A DNA stretch of 64,000 bases. It comes from Eledone cirrhosa. Its lineage: Eukaryota. Location: NCBI GenBank assembly GCA_964016885.1, contig OZ024740.1, positions 331,452,001 through 331,516,000 on the forward strand, written 5' to 3'. The notes beneath the pieces are model-generated. The model was not told where the DNA came from and did not search any database. It worked only from the letters and a program-made list of their open reading frames with translations. The translations under genes were made by a program, and so were the position numbers. This document shows, one piece after another, positions 53,455 to 64,000 of the stretch (positions are counted from its first letter, which is position 1; every line of letters starts with the position of its first letter).

Positions 53455-53496
<42 letters not shown>

Positions 53497-53564
53497 ACAC
53501 ACATATATATATATGTATATATACACACACATATATATATATATGTATATATATATATACACAC

Positions 53565-53604
<40 letters not shown>

Positions 53605-53929
53605 CACTCTCTCGATATGGAGAGAAAATGGCGTGACATGGTGCATAATAAAATATGTTTGACATGATTAGGCAAATGTGTTTCGATTAAAAGAGACAGT
53701 GGATATAATTGTTTGTACTTTAGGCAAGGGAAAGTCGATTAAATCGATTAAATCGACGACAGTGCATTACTGGCACTTTATTTTATCGATCCCGGAAGGA
53801 TGAAATGGAAAGCTAACCTCGACGGGATTTGAACTCAAATCGTAAAGGGACGTAACTCTGTGTTGCAAATTGCCCGATTTGAAGCTGTTTCGTGCGGTGA
53901 CCGATCGACACCTGTTTGTTCAACACAGG

Positions 53930-54500
53930 CTTTGAGGGACAAATAACATGTTTCTGCGTCATTACCTTTCATCCGGACTGTATACCTCTGCCAGTCTGTT
54001 GAACTGTTGAAAATATACAGTATTTTCTTCAGTACACATCGGCTAAGTAGCCTCATTTGCATACCGAATTTGCAGTTTATTGCCACTTTTTATTCGGAGA
54101 ATTGCATGTATACTGACGACACTTGTATTGAATGCTCATTCCATCAAAGTTTCTCCGTTTTATGTTCACTTGTACATAAAACACTCTTCAGAATACTTGA
54201 ATGCCTGTATATGTCTAAACATAGCAAGCGACTGAAAGAAATTCAGTCCGGTTTAACGAAGTTGACTAATACTAAAATTACTTGCAGTTATATGAGAAGA
54301 ATTGTTTCATTATTTCTGTAGTAAGCCATTTACAGCATATTTGCAGCTGTTGCACTCTCAGTTGGTCTATTATAATTGCATTGATGTAATCCACTGTTTA
54401 AATATTGCTTAATGAGCCGTTTTTGACACTCTTGCTGGATTCACATCAACTATACTGCAAGATTCAATGTGTAATTAAGTTCACAGGTGCAAAATGCCAT
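53930..54500 (-). pseudogene. Possible decayed Crypton-like (tyrosine recombinase) remnant
   Basis: Only weak motif-spacing resemblance by eye, with many stops. Confidence 0.25.
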
Positions 54501-54888
54501 GCAGTGTAATGTGCATTGGTTAAATGCCGCCATTTTCTTTCAAATATTTCTTATAGCTTTTGGAACTATTTATTAATAACGATGTAGACAGAGTGAAAGG
54601 GCGTTTGATAGAAATTGAGAGAGAGAGAGGGGAGAGGGGGAATAACAGGTAGATTTATTGCAAAAAGAAAGCGTACATACAAAAATGCCTACATAGATTG
54701 AAATGAAAGTATGTATCCCATCAAATTGCAATTGAATGGGCATTGTTTGTAGATCATTGAGAAATGCTGTTAAGTTTTATATCAGACGGATATGTGTCCA
54801 TTTCTTTGAATTTATTCATAATTATATTTACAGACACACACACAAATATATATATATACCCGCATTTCCGTTTCATAAACTTCTTCTT

Positions 54889-54962
<74 letters not shown>

Positions 54963-55834
54963 TATATATATGTATATATATATTCATCACTACCAGCTGC
55001 CGTCTAAGTTACAATGTCCAAACTGCTGGAGACTATTGATACACGCAGAAATCTTTAATCTATTATCTTCATACTTCTATTGATGTTAGAATATTTGGAG
55101 AGTTTACATTTTATTAGGATTAGACCTAGACTAAGAATATTTCCAGTAGACAAATATTCAATAGCATTATAATATAGCAACTATTTACATAATATTCGAG
55201 CTTGTACTGAATTACGATGATTTCTTATAATACATCTTAATGTAGACACAGGGATGATAATTGGCAGGAGTGTATTTAATCGTTTAATTTTACCTTGATA
55301 CATGATTGTTACTTTATTTATCGACCGTGGAAAGAAAATTCAACCATCAAAGATTTTTAGTTTGACAGGAAGAGAACCATTATCGAACATGATTAATAAT
55401 AATTCTTATTATAACCGTAATAGTTTCTAATTTAGTCACAAGGCCAACCATTGTGGGGAGAGGGAGGGGACAATAAAATCGACCCAAGAGTGTTATTTGT
55501 ATATATATTATCGACACCTTAAGGATTAGAGGTAAGGCTAACCGCGGTGGAATATGGACTCAGGACATAAAGGGCCATAAATCTTAACGTTCGGAGTTCA
55601 AATCCCGCCGAGGTTACCTTTGCCTAATATAACCATAATGCATGAAAGTTTGTGTGATGCATAATTCAAAAATATCGACTACCTTACATGAGTGTTAATT
55701 GATTTCATCGATCCCGAATGACTATGAGGCACCTTCGAGTTTGATAGGATATAAACTAAGACTATATTTAACCGGAAAAATTACTGCATGTGAATTTGTG
55801 CGACTATTCAATGATTCTGCTAAACTACATTATT

Positions 55835-56025
55835 AATAATTGTTTCTACATTAGGCACAAGGCCAGCAATTAGCCAGTACATTACTGGTACTTTATTTTA
55901 TCGACCCCGTAAGGATGAAAGGCAAAGTTAACCTTGGCTGGATTTGAACTCAGACTGTAAAGGGACGTAACTATGCAAGAAAGCATGGAGTCCAACCCTC
56001 TACCGATACTGCCAATTCACGGTCC
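55835..56025 (-). mobile_element. tRNA-derived SINE; further partial copies at ~5540-5595, 6385-6550, 22150-22250, 53755-53870, 55430-55625, 56040-56230
   Basis: Shared ACTGGTACTTTATTTTATCGACCCCGTAAGGATGAAAGGCAAAGTTAACC...GGATTTGAACTC. Confidence 0.85.
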
Positions 56026-56484
56026 TTATTAATAATGATTTGTAATTTAGACACAAGACCAACAATTTGTGGGGAGGGAATAGTCGATTAACTCGGCCGC
56101 ATTACTGGACGAGTTCCTTATTTTATCGATCTCGAAAGGATGAAAAACCACGTTGCCTTCATTGGGATAAATGGCATCAGTAATAATTGTTTCTACGCTT
56201 GGCATAAGGCTAGCAATTACCCAGTACATTTTATTTTATTTTAAAAACCTTTTTTTATAATTATTAAAATTATTTTAAATTTAATTTTATCTTATTTTAT
56301 TTTATTAATACATTTTTACACTTCATAATCCAATTTTTAAAATAATATACCCAGTCTCTATATTCTAGACCTCTAATATTTGTAATATTAGCACATACAC
56401 CTCATCAATTTATTTATTCTTTTTAGCCGTTATTTTACAGGTGTTTTCGTTTTTTGACCGCGCTCCCGAATAAACACACACACA

Positions 56485-56572
<88 letters not shown>

Positions 56573-57699
56573 TATCTCTATCTCTCTCTCTCTCTTCCTC
56601 TCTCTCTATCTCTTTCTCTTTCTCTCTCCTCCTGTATTTCTTTTTCCTCTCTTCTATTTCTTTTTCCTTTTTCCTTCTTCTTTCCTTTTCTTCATTTTTC
56701 CTATTTTTTCTCTTCCCTTATATTTTTGTCCTATGTAGACTGGACACTTTCTTGTTCACAAGTGTTTTTCGGCCTCATATCATGTTACCTTATTTTATCT
56801 GATGGGAACACAAGTTTTGTCCCAGGATGATATTGTTTTCGAAATGCGCATAATAAAATATATGGAACTGTTTTAACCATCTTTTAATTTCTTCTTTATA
56901 TATATATATATATATATATGTGCGTGTGTGTGTGTGTGTGCATGTGTGTGTGTGTGTGTGTGCACGCGCGCGCGCGTGTGTGTGTGTGTATCGGAAAGTC
57001 AAAAGGGAGAAACATTACACGACAATGTTGATGTATATCAGTTTCACTTTTGATTTCATAAAGTGCTGAATCTTCACCACATCGGGATATAAGTAGGGAG
57101 ACAGAAGTAGAAGATACGGGAAGCAGGAACAAATCTCTCGTATAAATAGAGAACCGTTTTGGATGCATAGCCTTGCAAATAGAACTCGGATATTAATTTA
57201 AATGTCACGGAAATGTATTAAATAACATTTGTTTCCACGTGTTGAAGGGCACGCTCCTTAAGTTTAGTTAGCACCACCTTTCCCTTTCAATAACAAACAC
57301 GCCTACGTTTTAATTTGATGTTTTAATAGTGTCGTTCCATATTTTTTATAGATTCCCTTGCAGTTTATTTGAATCATATTTAATAGAAACATTGTTCCGC
57401 ACGTGTACGAATGTAAAACTTCGCGTTGTAACAGCTTAACAAAAATATGACAGAACTCTGGAAGAAATTCATCAAACGGCATATGCACAAATAAATCTGG
57501 CAGACAGAAAACATAGATATAAATATTTTACAGTTAAGCAGGGAAATCGATATATAATTGTGTGAGAAACATTTATTAAACAATATTTATATAGCGCACG
57601 ATAAATTACACAATTCACATTACGCGTTAAAAGCAAGAATATATATATATATATATATACCAATCTCCATTTACGAATGAAAGATTGATCTATCCACAA

Positions 57700-59400
57700 A
57701 ATTCATGGAATTCTCACTGCATAACTTTATGGTAGATAACATTTCAAACGTCAACCTTTGTAATCACTTCCACAAACGAAATACACTGGAAACAAGTAGA
57801 ATCTGAAACTAAAATATTATAACAATTCTTAGAATTTACGAACCAAATACCATATAAACATTGATGATTAAGTCCAAGAATTATTAGGAGGCGGGATTGA
57901 ATAAAGAGGAGAAAGTTAAACAAAGCCTATATTAAATTAAGTAAGAGCGACAAAATTATTATGTTCGAAATCAGAATATGTTTCAAAAATTAATAATTTA
58001 CTGAAAAACAAATCCAAATATGAATAATCGGGAGGGATGACATAAGCCAGAGACATATTAAACAATCAAATTGGAGCAATAATTGTACAAAAAAGAACCT
58101 TAAATTCTCCGCATTAAAGGAGACTTAACCCAAGCACATATATAATACGCTGTAAAAATATAGAGAACAATATTCCCTATCCAGCTAAATTCCTTCCGGC
58201 ATAATTACATACACATGTAAAATAACCAAGCCAGAAGATTAATATCTCATACACACCATGTAATATATAATTTTTTTCTGCTTATGCCATAAGGCCAGCA
58301 ATTATCCCAGTGCTTTATTTGATCCACACCGTAAGGATGAAATCAAATTTAACATAGGCAGTATTTGAACTGAGACCATAAATGGCCGCAACTCTATGTT
58401 GCAAAGCATGGCGTCCGACTCTCTACTGATAGTGCCAATCCATCGCCCCTAATAATATATAATTGTTTCTACTTTTGGCACAAGGCCAGCAAATACCCCG
58501 TGCATTACTGGTACTTTATTTTATCGACCCCGAAAGGATGAAAGGCAAAGTTAACCTCGGCGGGATTTGAACTCAGAATGGCAAGGGCCGTAACTCTATG
58601 CGTCAAAGCATGGCGTCCGACTTTCTACCGATACTGCCAATCGAGACTTAATCAGACGAGTTTCCAGAGAATGGAGAAGAAATTAATAAAGTAGGCAACA
58701 TCTCGAACTTACTTGACTATACAATAATGTTAGAAACAATAATCAATGTATAAAACCAACACAAATAAAGACACCCATAATACTATCAAATACTTTGACG
58801 AGCGATGTGTAAACATGTAACGGTTCACTACCCAGAGATTATTTCTATAATATGAGTCCTCAAAAGACTTATAACATGCCTCACCTCTAAGAACAATAGT
58901 ATTCGTTCTAGTTAGATTTGATACTGCGCACCAATTTATTCTGATGACAGCGGACAGAATAGATTGAGACCAAATTGTGTGGTCTTTTCTCTAGCCATAC
59001 TATAAAAAAAAATGTTTAAATAGCGACAGAAATGTGCAATATATAGCAGGTACGTGAACGATATGTACGTTTCAACGGATATACCTGAAGTTGTCAGAAA
59101 TTACAATAAGAAGTAGAAAACAACACCTTGTTAATCTAATTAATATAAACAGGAATGTTGATCGATACGGCGCCAGTGTGTATATAAATATAGACATTTT
59201 ACGTATGTAGACATGTGCACATGCCGAAAAACAAATTCCTTTATGTATTGAAAATCAACTTTAATCGATTCTCGGACTTTGTTGGGTTTTCGTCAAAGGT
59301 GTGTATATCATCTAAATAACTACAAGGAAACGCGTATTTGATGAGCTTATATACCTATTAGGTCATTATAGAATTCTAAAATTAACATACTAATTTGCAT
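57700..59400 (+). pseudogene. Highly decayed Penelope/Poseidon-type RT remnant, interrupted by SINEs
   Basis: SKSDK-like motif near 57940. IYSRYVNDMYV (YxRYVDD-like) at ~59040-59070. No long ORF. Confidence 0.45.
58265..58641 (-). mobile_element. Two adjacent SINE copies (58265-58449 degenerate, 58460-58641 well preserved)
   Basis: Reverse complement of the SINE consensus seen at 29805. Confidence 0.85.
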
Positions 59401-60229
59401 ATAGTTACACTCATATTGCTAGTTATTTAAGAAGTGCGCCAGCAGCCTAGACACCGTTGCATGAATGTTGGTAAAAACAATAAAGGTGATTTTATTTTGT
59501 GCAGTCATTTTAATTATAATGTAAAGTCTAAACCATGTCTGATATTTAGTAATTTAATATAAGCCGAAGGTTTTTTCCAATAAATTCAATGTAGATATTT
59601 CCTGCATTGCTTCTAAAATCGAAGTCTCATTTCTTATTATTCATTCACTCAATATGAATATCTTTAATGACACAAATATTTATTGTATCGTGATTTTATT
59701 GGCAAACATTAATTCTTTACTAATGTAAACAATAGTAAATGAAATATTTATCAATAAATCAATCTAGTAATAAGAAAACTATTCTCATGGAAACTATCTA
59801 TACGCAAATTTTAATATATATCGATGAAAATTATCAACTGGAAGAATTTTTGTTTTTCTTGAAAGCCAGCTGTATAAATTGAGAAATATTTGCTATTCTT
59901 AACAATCTCTTTAAATTGCCTTTGTCGATTGTAAATATAGGATATTTAAACCACTCATCTTTGGCCTATATAAAACAGTTTTATTTGAATTATTTTTCTA
60001 AGAAATTCGTTGTAATTATTTAATTTTCTATAACAATTTCATGCTTGTGAAGATTGTTATTACATTTCGGTTTTTGGACCTCGGGAAAAAAAGAGATTAA
60101 CTTAGTAGTAATATTGTTGAGTATGATTTAATGAGAGGATCTAATAAGACCAAAGTTGAGAATATTTGCATTGAGCTGTTATTACGCACAGCTATACTGC
60201 AGCTAGCGTAAAACTTTTAACATTCAATG

Positions 60230-60750
60230 GGCGACACAGACTGTTGTAAATAGATCATTCTAACATTATTCATTCTCCTCTACTGGGTCTCTTCTACAAT
60301 GTGGGCATGCTAGAAAGAACAGGCCTTAAACTCAGTAAGTTCGTGGCTAGAATATCATTAACCTGGAATGTACTTCAATAGAGTCCATGTGATGTTAAAC
60401 AATAAGTCAAACTTTAATATCTTCAACACAAATGTGGTATGAACCTGAAGAATATTGGGTGTCAAATCCACAGATGTTCTGTTTCTCAAATGGATCATTA
60501 TAGTGTTCTTTATTTAGAATTGTATTTAAGTCCTAACGATATTTGTTTCAATGGGTTTGCTCGGAGAAATATGTTGTGTCATAGACTTCACAGATATTCT
60601 GAGACCGGTGTGATAAGATGTGGTTGTTATTAAACATTTGTAAGTAGGTGGCAACAGGAGAGGCATAGGTAGGTAAGAAATTCCCCTGTGGTAACATCTA
60701 GAGAGGAGGCGTTAAAATATGTTTCATGTTAAGCCTATGCGGCACAATAG
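60230..60750 (-). pseudogene. Possible decayed LINE APE-endonuclease remnant
   Basis: Scattered resemblance only (EHLWI-like, DL-FT-like fragments). Confidence 0.25.
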
Positions 60751-62799
60751 AAAAGAAATAAAGACTGAATAGTTTCAATCTATGGAGGTGATACAGATCA
60801 ACAATTTCGCCAAAATATAAATAGAATGAACTGTAGTGGTTGTAGTAAAATCAGAGTTACGAGACACCGCATCTACAGTCTTGACTTCGAAGTTTCTTGA
60901 ATACGTTGCTTCATGCCAAAACATAGTAGAGATACTTAGACCATGTGGTCTACGATCTCGGTCTGCTAACTAGGAGCACGGTCTCAGATAAAGAGGAAGC
61001 AGTGTATCTTGGTTCTACATGAGTCTTGTAAAAGATTCGTTGTTGTAAAAGGTTCATCGTATTTAATGACCTCCAAGAAGTAAACGCTGTTTTTGTGATG
61101 CAGTATTTGCTACATCGAGGAGGTGACGTCTGCATATCGCTAGAAGAAAGCATTAGCATTCAGCACTCAGAATATCATGTGAAACAACTATTAACTTAAA
61201 CATGTGTTCATCTGAATATTTAATGTTTATTCATATGCCTCTACTTAGTTATAGCAGTTTCATGTACTTTTAGAAAATGGATATCAGTCTTAAAATATTT
61301 TCAAAGACATTGTTTCCTTGTCCACTTTACTGCTTATCATTCTCCCATATAATATTATAATCGTGATGGATATTGCCATAAATGTTCATAAACAGTAATC
61401 AAATTTACAATGTATATGTAAAATTACCTACTCATGATACTCATTCATTTTTCGTCTCTTACATTATACGTGTAGTGTCAAATATCTCAAGGAACGATGA
61501 TTTATTAGCTTTTCTACCCATACACGTAACTATCTACGAACATATTTGCATGTGAGCATTATTTCCATACAGTCCTGTTATCCACTGCTAAACATATTTA
61601 AAATGCATTTAATGATACGCGTACAACCACTCTGTAAAAACAAAAATATCTAAACGTTACATATTGCATAAGAAAAATTAAATTTATAAAAGACACACAC
61701 CTTCCATTCCACTATATTTATTCGGGAAATGTTCGTGTTTCATGGTTCGTATTATTAAACGGGTACAATGACTAGTTCAACTTCATACAGACAACCCATA
61801 ATTAAATTATATATCATCAGAGCGACTCTCCCATACTTTTAGTTGATTTCACATTATTTAAAAGTTGATGCTCTTTTGCAAAGCATGCATACATTATTGC
61901 ACACAACGAGTAATATATCACAATTATCCCTCGTTTCTCTTTCCTCGGCTATTACTATGAATTATTACATTATTCGCTGCTAAATCTGACACCCTCTACT
62001 TTATTTAAATTAAATTAAATACATTACTCTTTTAAAATCAGTAAGTAGATATTATTAATTCATGTGAACGTTTTTTCAGAATTCAGAATTTTGCTAGCAT
62101 ATGTTAACAATGTTTAAATTATAGCCCCAACACTTCGGGGGTTGTATATCTATATTGGCAGCAAAAGATATAAGGATAAGGTTTCTGATTCTGCATATAT
62201 CACAGACATAGTTTATTGATGTCACTTGAAGTTAATATTAATATTTCTATCAGAAATAGGTATTTTCCGGATCTCATATCTCTGTGGGCCTTATGTCTAT
62301 ATTTATTTGCTTCTCCACACTAATTATTTCGACATTGATTTTTAATTTATATCCATAAGGTCTTAGCACATTATCTCCTATGTAATCTATTATTTTAAAC
62401 TTTGTAACCAAAGGCAACAAGTAACTGGTAAACGAAATTTAAGCAAATTATTAAAGCTTATCTATAAATAGTTTTCTGAAAAATAAATTCTCTCAAACCA
62501 TATCAAACATCATGTTTTTCTGATCTTTTAAGTGCGGTTTTAGTATTCGTGAAAGGAATATTCTCTCGTTCTTCGTACAGCAAATTATCAACATTCTAAT
62601 GGCTGGAAAATGAAACTGCAGCTATTTAACACATAGCTCTGAGAATGGCTTTTTATAAGGAGCGCTTTATCGAGATACCAAAGAGCATTGTTTTACGATA
62701 CGTCCTCAAAGTAAAGACTTTGCTTCTGTCTGGTTTTCAATGCAGCCAATTAGGATGTAGCGGGTTTAGATGGAACCCATGACGCCTAAACCGTACGAA

Positions 62800-63314
<515 letters not shown>

Positions 63315-64000
63315 CAAATTTAAATAATTTGGAAAACCTTTATCAAATTTGTTAAGTTAAGATTATTTTATCTTAGCACTCTGGATTTTATTTCTAATAC
63401 ATTGTAAGGTTTTCAAAATTATTAATTTTGTTATTTTCTATTCACCAATGCTTCACGCAAACTACAACACACTCTGATATATATATATATAGAATTAATA
63501 TATGAGGAACAAATAATCAGTGTTGCATCATATACATATTTGTTTCATATTACATATGTTTTAGTGTCGATCAGCTCGAAGAACGATGTATTAATGAGCG
63601 AAACTGACTCTGGAATCGGAAGCTCCTCAGATATGTAATATGTAATAAATATGTATATGATGCAACAATGATTCTTTGTTCCTTATATATTGATACTATT
63701 GATACTCTGCTCCCCAAGAGCATCGAGTATGCAGACGGCATACCGCCTACGGGCGTAATTAACTTGCACCTTAACACACACTTATATATGAGTGTGTGTG
63801 TTTATGCACGCGCGTGTGTGCACGTGTGAGTACGTGTATGTATGCATGTATGTGTTACTGTTCGTGTGCGCATAAACTATATTACTCTTTGTTCTATTTA
63901 ACGTTTTATTTTCTTTCAGGTATTCGTATCTCTCAGGTTTAATTATAAAATAGTCGAAAAACCCTCGGATATACATACAAAACTTGAACGAAATTGATGT

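Noticed and set aside
63560-63625. GCTC...GAGC-GAAAC hammerhead-like segment
   Set aside because: The core and NUH triplet do not fit, and there is no second copy to support it.

Overview
AT-rich, microsatellite-laden eukaryotic DNA with no recognisable host gene. Many copies of a tRNA-derived SINE resembling octopus SINEs suggest an octopod cephalopod (inference). The window is a nested pile of Penelope-like retroelements (PLEs) with Naiad-type features: the RT starts directly at S-x-K-[ND]-I-P-x-P, has a YRDD motif, and is followed by a CxC-x5-CPLxGxC linker and a C-terminal GIY-YIG endonuclease. There are 8 coding loci from about 7 divergent families (my labels A-G). One is an intact 843-codon ORF in a young partial tandem. 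Most families carry their own type I hammerhead ribozyme (HHR) in their pseudo-LTRs. These include non-canonical forms: a U4A core, a U3-A8 covariant core, a CCGAACA core, and a ~116-nt stem II. Two ORF-less HHR repeat families (422 nt and ~320 nt) look like retrozymes. Most PLE ends abut (TA)n tracts, often tracts inside other PLEs. The window also holds a candidate 3.4-kb non-autonomous Helitron inside the young PLE, a 3.9-kb-arm inverted repeat, a deleted mariner, an R4/Dong remnant, MITEs and SINEs. All RNA folds and family assignments were made by eye and need computational or experimental confirmation.
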